25,599 bases of DNA from Sandaracinaceae bacterium (lineage in GTDB: Bacteria; Myxococcota_A; Polyangia; Polyangiales; Sandaracinaceae), in the NCBI GenBank assembly GCA_044220955.1, contig JBGAQA010000092.1, positions 1 to 25,599 on the forward strand, read 5' to 3'. A program made the translations under genes and the position numbers. Position 1 is the first letter of the stretch. Each line of letters starts with the position of its first letter. Of the stretch, positions 16,781-25,106 are shown in pieces. Under the pieces are notes generated by a model that had not been told where the DNA came from, ran no database searches, and saw nothing but the letters and a program-made list of their open reading frames with translations.

Positions 16781-18014
16781 GATCGAGGAACGCGACGATC
16801 CGATCTCGCAGCGCGGCAGTGCGCAGGGTGTGATCCGGCAGGTCGTTGTGCGCGACGCCGTCGATCCACTCGACCTCGACCCAGGGCGCGTGCGCGACCA
16901 GCGCCTCGGTCATCGACGCCGGGATCGTCGTGTCCGAGCGGCTGTGGATCACCAGGACGCGTGCCTCGCCGGCGCGCGCGACGGCGTCTGCGGGCGTGAG
17001 CTCGAGCGGCGATCGGTTGCCGAGGCCGTGGGTCACGCCCCGCACGAGCGCGCGCGCGAGGCCGTGTAGCGGCTCGAAGGGAGGCAGGCTCCGCTCCACG
17101 AGCGGCCGATAGTCGGTGGCCGGCGCGAGCGCGACGGTGCTGGCCACGGGCAGGCTGCGGCGCGCGACGGCGGCGAGCGTGGCACCGCCCCCCATCGAGA
17201 CCCCGAGTGCGTGGAGCGCGCCCACGCCCGGCTGCGCCGCCAGCCAGGCGAGCGCGGCCTCCACGTCGTCGGGCTCGCGATCGGCGAACGTGACGGCGAC
17301 GCCCTCGCTGACACCGTGCCCGCGCAGGTCGAACCGCAGCACGTGTGCGCCGCGCGACGCGAGCTCACGCGCCCAGGGGACCAGGCGCCGCCGGCTGTCG
17401 CCGCGTCCGTGCACGAGGACCACGGCGCTCGCGCCGGGAACGCCTGGCGCGAACGTGCCCCGAAGGACGACGCCGTCGCGCGAGGTGAACTCCACCGCGC
17501 GCTCACCGGTCCCGATCTCGGGCGACGCGTGGAACACACGCGTGGCCGCCGGCGCGAGCGTCGTCGAGACGAGGCCCCACGCCAGCGTGAACAGCGGTCC
17601 CGGCACCGAGAGCGCGAGCGCCAGCACCGCGGCCACGCGGCGACCCCGACCGGCGGGAGCACGGACGATCCGGACCGTGCCACGCCCGGTGATGGACGCT
17701 GCCGTGCTCAAGAGGACGACGACGTCGATCGCCGCGAGCGTCGGCGATCCCGAGCGCACGAGGTGTGCGAGCGGCGCGAGCGCCAGCGCCATGCACGCGC
17801 GCCGGCCGAACGCGGATCCCCCCTGCGCGAAGACCGCGAGCGAGAGCAGGCATGCGCTGCCGATCACGGCCGCGTAGCGCGGCTCGAGCGGGACGTCGGG
17901 CGGCTGATCACCCAGCGCGACGCCCGCCGCGAAGGGCAGGGCGATCGCGAGTGTGCCGAGGGCGATGCGCGCGAGCTCGGGAGCGATCCCCGTCGCCGCC
18001 GCTGGACCGCTCAT
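16758..18014 (-). CDS. alpha/beta hydrolase with N-terminal multi-pass membrane region
   Basis: VVLVHG oxyanion motif, FDLRGHGVSEG, nucleophile elbow GVSMGG, acid 'IHSRSD', His 'GVAHN'; about five hydrophobic segments in the first ~150 aa; ATGA overlap with the FadL-like gene. Confidence 0.88.
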   Translation of the reverse strand: MSGPAAATGIAPELARIALGTLAIALPFAAGVALGDQPPDVPLEPRYAAVIGSACLLSLAVFAQGGSAFGRRACMALALAPLAHLVRSGSPTLAAIDVVVLLSTAASITGRGTVRIVRAPAGRGRRVAAVLALALSVPGPLFTLAWGLVSTTLAPAATRVFHASPEIGTGERAVEFTSRDGVVLRGTFAPGVPGASAVVLVHGRGDSRRRLVPWARELASRGAHVLRFDLRGHGVSEGVAVTFADREPDDVEAALAWLAAQPGVGALHALGVSMGGGATLAAVARRSLPVASTVALAPATDYRPLVERSLPPFEPLHGLARALVRGVTHGLGNRSPLELTPADAVARAGEARVLVIHSRSDTTIPASMTEALVAHAPWVEVEWIDGVAHNDLPDHTLRTAALRDRIVAFLDLRAADHR

Positions 18015-19741
18015 CGCGGGCGTCGGCGCCGCGTCGGACGGGCGCGCCGCGGGCGCGCGGGCGGCTCGTCCGGGGTGGCCTCGGGCTCGGGCGCCTCCGG
18101 CGTCACCTCCTCGGGCGGGGCGAGCGGCTCGGAAGGGGCCGGGGCGACGTCGATCGCGGCGGGCTCGGGCGGGACCGGCGTCGTCGTCTCACCGGGGGCC
18201 ACCTCCGGCTCGTCCGCGGTCGGGCCGGTGCTGGGCGCCTGGTAGTCCGTGATCCAGCGCAGACCCACCCCGAAGAAGGGCGCCGTCATGTTGTACGTCC
18301 CGTTGCCGACGAACGTCGGATCGCCCGCGGCCCGCGGATCTCCGCCCATCAGCGGCGGGCGGATCGGGTTCGGCAGCGGCACCTGACTGCTCGTCACGTT
18401 GTGCGGGAAGAGGTGCGCGTAGCCGACCATCGCGTCGAGCCAGAAGCCCGCGTCGATGCGCATCCCGATGCCCGCCGAGACGACGATCTTGTCCGAGTCG
18501 ATCGTGAGCGCTTGGAGCCACGCGTCGTCGAACGCGCCGGTCTCGAAGTAGCCGCCCAGCCGGATCTGAACCCAGTGGTCGATCGTGTACTCGCCGCCGA
18601 GCCGCACGCTCACGGTGTCGCGCATGTGCCGCGGGATCGAGAGCGGACCGACCTGGTAGTCGAGCGCACCGCCGAGCGCGTCGGCGAACCAGACGTCGCG
18701 TGGACGCACGGAGGCCTCCTGCTCGAGCGACCAGGTCTCCCAGACGACCGCCAGCTCGAGGGCGAGGTTCTCGACGGCCTCGAGCTGCACGCCGAAGCGG
18801 ATGACCCAGGGGAAGTCGAGGTTCAGATCGGCGCGCGTGCTCTGGCAGGGATGCGACCGACCTGCTGCGACGGCGGCCTGGATGTCCTGGTCGGGCACCG
18901 CGGCGCAGCTCCCCTCGCGCGTTCGGACGAGCGCGCCGTCGAAGGTCGCGGCCCCTGGCGGGCGCACCTGGATCTGCGCCGTGCCCGAGAGGGCGAACGG
19001 CGTCATGACGGAGAGGCCGAAGCGCACGGGGCCCGCGTCGTAGATCGCGCCGAGCGTGGCGACGGCCGTGAACGCCGGGTTGAGCGTCAGCTGCGCCACG
19101 CCGTCGTAGTCGGGGTCCTCCGGGAACGCACACGTCACGCCGTCGCACGCGCTCATCGTCGTGCGCGCCGCGAACGAGCCGTACACGACGTGCACGCCGA
19201 TGCCGATCGAGAGCTCGTCGATCGGCCGCCAGGCCGCGCCCAGGGCGAGGGACGCGATGATCGAGCCGTCCATGCTGAGGAGCGAGTACCGCTGCGGCGC
19301 GGGCTGCGTCATCCCGTCGACCGTCACGCTCGAGGGCCACTGCATGAGCGCGGCGTTGGGCGCGAAGAGGCCCGCGCCGAACGTGAGCTGCGGCACGTCG
19401 GGGATGACGAAGGTGCCCGCGAGCGTCGGGATGGGGAGCGGCGCGCCGTTCCCGTGGACCGTAGGCAGCGTGTTTCCGCCGCTGTCGACGCGCGTGTAGT
19501 CGGCGCCGAAGAGCGTCAGCGTGCCGTCGACGAGGATCTGGTTGCCGGAGAAGCCGACGCCGGCGGGGTTGTACCAGAGCGACTGGGGGTCGTCGGCGCC
19601 GGCGACGAACGCGCCGCCGCGCCCCATCGCGCGCGTGCCGCGGTCGAGCAGGTAGAAGCCGCCCGCGCGCGCCGCGGAGGGCGCGAGGGCGAGGGTGAGG
19701 GCGATCGTGAGCCCGGCGAGGAGAGAAGCGTGGCGTGTCAT
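18011..19741 (-). CDS. FadL/OmpP1/TodX family outer-membrane hydrophobic-compound transporter
   Basis: Signal peptide ending ARA, mature start GGFYLLDRGTRAMGRGGAFVAGADDPQSLWYNPAG (FadL hatch with NPA), amphipathic beta strands, 'MRDTVSVRLGGEY...IRLGGYFE'. Confidence 0.85.
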   Translation of the reverse strand: MTRHASLLAGLTIALTLALAPSAARAGGFYLLDRGTRAMGRGGAFVAGADDPQSLWYNPAGVGFSGNQILVDGTLTLFGADYTRVDSGGNTLPTVHGNGAPLPIPTLAGTFVIPDVPQLTFGAGLFAPNAALMQWPSSVTVDGMTQPAPQRYSLLSMDGSIIASLALGAAWRPIDELSIGIGVHVVYGSFAARTTMSACDGVTCAFPEDPDYDGVAQLTLNPAFTAVATLGAIYDAGPVRFGLSVMTPFALSGTAQIQVRPPGAATFDGALVRTREGSCAAVPDQDIQAAVAAGRSHPCQSTRADLNLDFPWVIRFGVQLEAVENLALELAVVWETWSLEQEASVRPRDVWFADALGGALDYQVGPLSIPRHMRDTVSVRLGGEYTIDHWVQIRLGGYFETGAFDDAWLQALTIDSDKIVVSAGIGMRIDAGFWLDAMVGYAHLFPHNVTSSQVPLPNPIRPPLMGGDPRAAGDPTFVGNGTYNMTAPFFGVGLRWITDYQAPSTGPTADEPEVAPGETTTPVPPEPAAIDVAPAPSEPLAPPEEVTPEAPEPEATPDEPPARPRRARPTRRRRPR

Positions 19742-19755
19742 GTCGGGATCGCCGC

Positions 19756-22700
19756 TCAGTGCGTGATGTCGCAGCTCCAGCGCTGCGCGCCGTCCTCGGC
19801 CACGATGCACTCGCAGTTGCCGCGCCCGCAGAGGTCGGAGCGCACGCTGGTGTGGGCGCCGACCGTGTCACACGTATCGTCGTGCTCCTCGAAGCACACG
19901 CGGTGCTGGACGACCTGGTAGAGGCGCTCGAGGCCGCGCCGCTCGTCCCGCATGAAGCCCGTCGCCTGGCCCAGCGCCTCGCGGTAGTCGCCCGGCTGGT
20001 AGTCACTCGTGTCGCCGGGACGCGCGCGGTTGATCTGGCTGAGCACGTCGAGGATCACCTCGAGCGGCGTCTCTTCGCGTCCGTCGGCAGACAAGGTCAC
20101 GGCGTTGGCGAGGAGGCGGTGGAGCACGTGGTTCTCGTCGATGCCCTGCAGCTCCCGGACGAGGCCGAGGGCGTCCGTCGCCACGCCGCCCGCGACGTCG
20201 GCCGTGCCGGGCGTGCCGGCGACGAGGTCGCGCGCGTTCGGCGCGAGCGCCGTGGAGAGCGCGTGGGCAATCGGGACGATGTCGGCGTCGTCGCCGAAGA
20301 CCTGGAGCAGATCGGCGCCGGCGTAGAGGGTCGCGAGGAACGCGTCGTTGTCGCTCGACTCGTCCACGAGGTACGCGATGAGGGCCACCAGGGCGTCCCG
20401 TGCCTCGGGGTCGTTCTGGATGCGATCGAGCAGGCGCACGAGCCCGCCGACGACGGGCCCGGCGATGGTGTCCGCGGTGTCGGTCGGCAGCGTGCGCGAC
20501 CACTCCGTCAGGTCGCCGCGGCTCTGGTGATCGCGGATGCGCTCTCGCAGGAAGGGCAGCACCGCGAGCACGAGCGCGCGACCGCGCTGGTTGTGGAACG
20601 TGTAGCTCGTGCCGAGGCCGTCGGTGTCGAGCAGCTGGAGCGTGAGGGCGTCGCGCCCCCGGTGGAACGCGTCGCCACGATCGGCATCGGCCGCAGCCCA
20701 GTCGCGGTCCGCGTGGCGCAGGCCCTCGAGCATCAGCTGCATCGGCGAGACGCCCATCATCCGCGTGCCGTCGTTCGACGTGTACTGCGTCGCGCCGCTT
20801 CGGGTCGTCAGCCCGGGGTTGCGCGCGGGGTCGATGATCTCCTCCGCGGCGGCCGCGAGGATGGACAGGCCGTCTTGGCCTCCGACGGTGATGCCGTCGA
20901 GGGTCGAGGACGCGGTGTAGAGGTTGCGGACGAGCCGGCCCTCGACGAATCCGTCGGCGAGGAGCTCCTCGTAGCTGCGGCCGTCGTCCTGGGCGTTGTA
21001 GGTCATCGAGCCCGGCACGTGCGACGTGTGCCAGTGCTGCCGCGTCGGCCAGTGCTGGTAGATCGTGCCCAAGAGCCGCCCGAACGCGTACTGTCCATCG
21101 CCGTCGCGGATCCAGCGCGGATCGTGCAGCACCTCGATGAGCGGCGTCATGCCCTCGTAGAAGCCGGGCTGCTCCCACGCGAAGATCGTCCCGTGATAGG
21201 TGCGGACGACGTCCTGCCCGTGCCGATCGACGACCGGATCGATCAGGTCGTGCACGAAGCGGCTGTTCGGCTGGCCGCTGGCGTTGTTCTGCGTGCCCCA
21301 GAACACCAGGCGGTTCAGCGCCTGCGGCGTCGGGTGCCGCGTCAGGCCGTGGATCCCCGAGGACTGCTCGAGGACGTCGTCGGGGTTGATGCCCACCGCG
21401 CCGAGCGCGCTCATGATCGCGTTGAGGATCGAGTCCGAGATCGGCAGCTGGTAGCGCCCGAGGATCGCCTGCGCGTACGCCTCGGCCACGTTCGGGATGC
21501 GCATCAGCTCGCAGCGCCGGTAGCTGCCGATGAGCGGCCACGTGAGGTTGATGCCGATGACGCTGATGTGGAGCACCGCGCCCTCGCGGTTGCAGACCTC
21601 GACGCCGTTCAGGCCGTCGATGAGGGCGATGGAGCGCTCGAAGAGGCTCTCGTTGCCCTCGAGGTCGGGCTGCGAGCGATCGACGCGCTCGTCGAGCGGG
21701 AAGCCGAGCGGCGTGCCGTTGAGGTTCGCCGGGTCGTAGTCGATGCGGTCGCGGTATCGCATCATGTTCCCGTAGATGTCGCCGAGCTGGGCGGAGCGCG
21801 GGTCCGCGAAGCTGCGCACGACCGCCTCGAGCATGCCCGGCTGGTGCGCCATGCCGATGCCCATGTCGAGCATGTCGTCCCAGAACCCGTTGGGCTGCGC
21901 GAACGCCGCGTCGGGGTACATGTCGCTGCGATCGAGAAGGTAGTGCGCCGAGTCGACGACGCCCGCCGCGTCGCCCTCTCGATCGCGCAGAAGGATCTCC
22001 GTGGAGTGCAGCAGCGGCTCCGTCGAGGGGAGCGCGAGGATCGCGCCGAGCGCGTAGACGACGTCGACGGCCGCGCTCGAGGAGGTGTCGAAGCCCGGGT
22101 ACGTCAGCGTCGCCATCCCGTAGCGATGGGTCGCGGCGGGGTCCTCGGCGCCGAGCAGCACGGGCAGACCGTGGGTGAGATCGAGGATCACCGGATGGTC
22201 GCCGCGGAACCACGGCACGCCCTCGCGCACGAGGCCGGCGAGCATCGACTCGTCCGCGTTCAGGTACTCGTAGATCTGCAGACCTGCGCTGCTCAGCGCG
22301 CGTCCACCCGAGTCGCGCGGGATCGCGCCCTCGTCGCGCACGGCGAACGGGTGGGGGATGTCGAGGAGCGCGCCCGAGCCGTCGACGAAGCGACCGATGC
22401 CGTCCACGTCGGCGTAGCCGTCGCCGTCGCCGTCGACGAAGGGATCGCCGACGATGCCGCCCACCGGAAGCGCGATCCCGCGGTCGTCGCGGCGCACGAC
22501 GTAGTGCGAGGTCCCGCTGCCGAAGTTGGGATCGAGGGTGAAGAGCAGGTTCCGCGAGAGCGCCAGCGTGGACAGCTCGCCCGCGGGCAGCGGATCGGCC
22601 GGCTGCATCGAAGCGAGATAGAGGGCCAGCGCAGCCTGCAGGTTCGTCAGCTCGGGCGCGGCGGCGCCGTCCGTGTCACCCCCGGGCAGGTCGGCCGGCA

Positions 22701-23280
22701 GGTCGGTGAGCGCTCGCAGCGCGACCTGGGCGAAGTGGTCGAACTCCGGGTACGCGAGGATCGGCCGGATCGTGCCGAGCGCGAGCCTTTGCGGCCGGTA
22801 GCCGGTGCGCGACCCGATGCGCGCGAGCGCGTCGAGGGCGGCGTCGTCCGCGGAGATGCCCTCGAGGAGCGAGGCGAGCAGGCGCGTGTTGGTCGGCAGG
22901 CGCTCGCGCGGCGGGTCGTAGAACGGGAGCATGTCGCCGAGGAAGAGCCCGAGGTCGTCGTGCGTGTCGTCGGGCATCGTGCGGTCGAGCGCGGCCGCGA
23001 GCCGGTCGCGGTTGTTCATCAGCGCCACGAGCCGCGGCGGCGCGTCGTCGGGCGGCGGGACCTCGGCGCGGCAGACGGGCTTCCAGCGGAGGCCGGACAC
23101 GTCGTTCGGGAACGCGTCGGCCGCCATGCGCTCGCAGAACGTGCGTACGATCTCCTGTCCGAGGGTCTGGTCGTCGGCCGGGATGCGCGTCGCGTCGAAG
23201 GTCGAGCAGCCCAGGGAGGCCACGAGCACCACGCCGACGAAGCCGGCGCGACGGAAGACTGAGCTACGGGCGCGAGACAT
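19756..23280 (-). CDS. large hypothetical lipoprotein (1174 aa)
   Basis: GAGGTG RBS before ATG 23280, lipobox SLGC, high GC3; largely helical-looking, with a Dx[DN]xDG motif and a Cys-rich C-terminus. Stop is 14 nt before the FadL-like ATG. Confidence 0.8.
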   Translation of the reverse strand: MSRARSSVFRRAGFVGVVLVASLGCSTFDATRIPADDQTLGQEIVRTFCERMAADAFPNDVSGLRWKPVCRAEVPPPDDAPPRLVALMNNRDRLAAALDRTMPDDTHDDLGLFLGDMLPFYDPPRERLPTNTRLLASLLEGISADDAALDALARIGSRTGYRPQRLALGTIRPILAYPEFDHFAQVALRALTDLPADLPGGDTDGAAAPELTNLQAALALYLASMQPADPLPAGELSTLALSRNLLFTLDPNFGSGTSHYVVRRDDRGIALPVGGIVGDPFVDGDGDGYADVDGIGRFVDGSGALLDIPHPFAVRDEGAIPRDSGGRALSSAGLQIYEYLNADESMLAGLVREGVPWFRGDHPVILDLTHGLPVLLGAEDPAATHRYGMATLTYPGFDTSSSAAVDVVYALGAILALPSTEPLLHSTEILLRDREGDAAGVVDSAHYLLDRSDMYPDAAFAQPNGFWDDMLDMGIGMAHQPGMLEAVVRSFADPRSAQLGDIYGNMMRYRDRIDYDPANLNGTPLGFPLDERVDRSQPDLEGNESLFERSIALIDGLNGVEVCNREGAVLHISVIGINLTWPLIGSYRRCELMRIPNVAEAYAQAILGRYQLPISDSILNAIMSALGAVGINPDDVLEQSSGIHGLTRHPTPQALNRLVFWGTQNNASGQPNSRFVHDLIDPVVDRHGQDVVRTYHGTIFAWEQPGFYEGMTPLIEVLHDPRWIRDGDGQYAFGRLLGTIYQHWPTRQHWHTSHVPGSMTYNAQDDGRSYEELLADGFVEGRLVRNLYTASSTLDGITVGGQDGLSILAAAAEEIIDPARNPGLTTRSGATQYTSNDGTRMMGVSPMQLMLEGLRHADRDWAAADADRGDAFHRGRDALTLQLLDTDGLGTSYTFHNQRGRALVLAVLPFLRERIRDHQSRGDLTEWSRTLPTDTADTIAGPVVGGLVRLLDRIQNDPEARDALVALIAYLVDESSDNDAFLATLYAGADLLQVFGDDADIVPIAHALSTALAPNARDLVAGTPGTADVAGGVATDALGLVRELQGIDENHVLHRLLANAVTLSADGREETPLEVILDVLSQINRARPGDTSDYQPGDYREALGQATGFMRDERRGLERLYQVVQHRVCFEEHDDTCDTVGAHTSVRSDLCGRGNCECIVAEDGAQRWSCDITH

Positions 23281-23411
23281 GTGCGGCACCTCGGCGCGAA
23301 GGCGTGGAGCGAAGGCGGACCCTCGAGCGTAGGCGCGGAGCGGGCCGTCGAACAAGACTCATCCCCCGGGAAAAGGCGCGGAGAGGTGTCACACGCGCGG
23401 CGCGGCGCAAG

Positions 23412-23429
23412 CGGTCGCGGCCGCGACCG
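23412..23429. promoter_or_regulatory. perfect 18-bp palindrome CGGTCGCGG|CCGCGACCG, candidate operator
   Basis: In the divergent intergenic region, covering the expected -35 position of the TATGCT (-10, 23442-23447) upstream of the first MlaE gene. Confidence 0.4.
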
Positions 23430-23456
23430 GGTCGGGTCGGGTATGCTCCGCCACGG

Positions 23457-24254
23457 ATGTCGGAGGCTCGCGCCCAGCCCGTGATCTTCGCGCCCTTCGC
23501 GGTGGTGGGGGCGACCGTGCTCGGGATCGCCGACCAGGTCGGCGGGATGGCCGTGCTCGCGGTGCGGCTCCTCGCGCGCCTCGTCCCGCCGCGCATCGAT
23601 CGCTACGAGCTGGTGCGGAACCTCCACAAGATGGGGGTGCGCTCGGTCGGCATCGTCGCCGTCACCGCCGTGTTCACGGGCGCCATCATGGTCATCCAGG
23701 CGGCGCCGCTCGTGACGCGCTTCAACGCCAAGGAGGTCGTCGGCTGGGGGGCCGGGTTCGCGACGCTGCGCGAGGTCGGGCCGCTGCTGATCGCGCTGAT
23801 GTTCTCGGGCCGGGTCGGCGCCAACAACACCGCCGAGCTGGGCACGATGGTGGTCACCGATCAGATCGACGGGCTGCGCGCGCTCGCCATCGATCCGCTG
23901 GCGTACCTCGTGATGCCGCGCGTCCTCGCGATGGTGTCGATGCTCTTCATCCTGACGATCATCGGCGACGTCGTCGCGATCTCGGGCGCCATCGTCGCGG
24001 CCAAGGCGCTGCTCGACGTGGACCCGCGCAGCTTCCTGAACTCGTTCGTCACGCTGCTCGACAGCTGGGACTTCTTCACCGGGCTCATCAAGAGCGTCGT
24101 GTTCGGGATGATGATCGCGATCACGAGCTGCCACTTCGGGCTCTCGGTGAAGGGCGGGGCGCCGGGCGTGGGGCGAGCGGTGAACGCCGCCGTCGTCGCG
24201 GCCGCGAGCGGGATCTTCGTGCTCGACTACTTCTTCACCTACTTGCTGGGATGA
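23457..24254 (+). CDS. mlaE: MlaE/YrbE family lipid ABC transporter permease
   Basis: MGVRSVGIV, LREVGPLLIALMFSGRVGANNTAELGTMVVTDQIDGLRALAIDPLAYLVMPR, GLIKSVVFG, GGAPGVGRAVNAAVV. Start assigned to ATG 23457. Confidence 0.92.
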   Translation: MSEARAQPVIFAPFAVVGATVLGIADQVGGMAVLAVRLLARLVPPRIDRYELVRNLHKMGVRSVGIVAVTAVFTGAIMVIQAAPLVTRFNAKEVVGWGAGFATLREVGPLLIALMFSGRVGANNTAELGTMVVTDQIDGLRALAIDPLAYLVMPRVLAMVSMLFILTIIGDVVAISGAIVAAKALLDVDPRSFLNSFVTLLDSWDFFTGLIKSVVFGMMIAITSCHFGLSVKGGAPGVGRAVNAAVVAAASGIFVLDYFFTYLLG

Positions 24255-24267
24255 CGGGCTCGCTGGG

Positions 24268-25104
24268 ATGACGGCGCAGGCCACAGCTGCCGAGGTCTCC
24301 GGGGCGCCCCCGCGCGGGGGCCTCGTCCGCGCGCTCGAGACGCTGGGTGCGGGCCCGATCGCGCTGGGCAAGGAGATCCGGGCGCTGCTCGGGCTGCTCC
24401 TCACGACCTGCCGGCTCTGCATCACGGGCAAGAAAGATCGCCGCGCCATCTTCGAGCAGGCGCACCAGGTCGGCAACCGCTCCGTCTTCTTCATCACCGT
24501 CACGATGGGCTTCATCGGGATGATCCTGGTCTTCCAGGCGGCGATGCAGGCGATGCGCATCGTCCCGGACCTCACGATGCTGGGCCCGACCTTCGCGGAG
24601 ATCCTCGTCCGCGATCTCGCGGCCTCCATCGGCGCGATGATGCTCGCGACGCGCGTGGGCGCCGGCATCGCCGCGGAGCTCGGCTCGATGGTGGTGACCG
24701 ATCAGGTCGACGCCATGCGGATGTGCTCGGCCGATCCGATCGAGTACCTCGTCGTGCCGCGCTTCATCGCGAGCGTGGTGATGACCTTCGCGCTGCTCGT
24801 GTGGGCCGCGGTGATCGCGTTCGTGGCGGGGATGATCACCGCCAACGTCGTGTTCGAGGTGAACTTCGCGACGTTCGCGAACTTCTCGCTCGTCGACGCG
24901 GGCGACGTCACGGTCGGCCTCGTGAAGTGCCTCGCCTACGGCGCGGCGATCCCGATCGTCAGTGCGCGCGCGGGGCTCACGACGTTCGGCGGCAGCGAGG
25001 GCGTGGGCTGGGCGACGACCAGCGCGGTCGTGAACTCGTCGCTCGCCGTCATCGTGCTCAACTTCTTCATCAGCGCGGCGGGGTACTTCGTCTTCCCGGG
25101 CTGA
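24268..25104 (+). CDS. mlaE: MlaE/YrbE family lipid ABC transporter permease (second paralogue)
   Basis: VGNRSVFFI, VRDLAASI...TRVGAGIAAELGSMVVTDQVDAMRMCSADPIEYLVVPR, GLVKCLAYG, GGSEGVGWATTSAVVNS. Confidence 0.92.
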   Translation: MTAQATAAEVSGAPPRGGLVRALETLGAGPIALGKEIRALLGLLLTTCRLCITGKKDRRAIFEQAHQVGNRSVFFITVTMGFIGMILVFQAAMQAMRIVPDLTMLGPTFAEILVRDLAASIGAMMLATRVGAGIAAELGSMVVTDQVDAMRMCSADPIEYLVVPRFIASVVMTFALLVWAAVIAFVAGMITANVVFEVNFATFANFSLVDAGDVTVGLVKCLAYGAAIPIVSARAGLTTFGGSEGVGWATTSAVVNSSLAVIVLNFFISAAGYFVFPG

Positions 25105-25106
25105 GA

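Noticed and set aside
19735..23262. 1175-aa plus-strand ORF
   Set aside because: Antisense shadow of the large lipoprotein gene; Arg/Val/Ala-rich with no motifs, as expected from high GC3 on the opposite strand.
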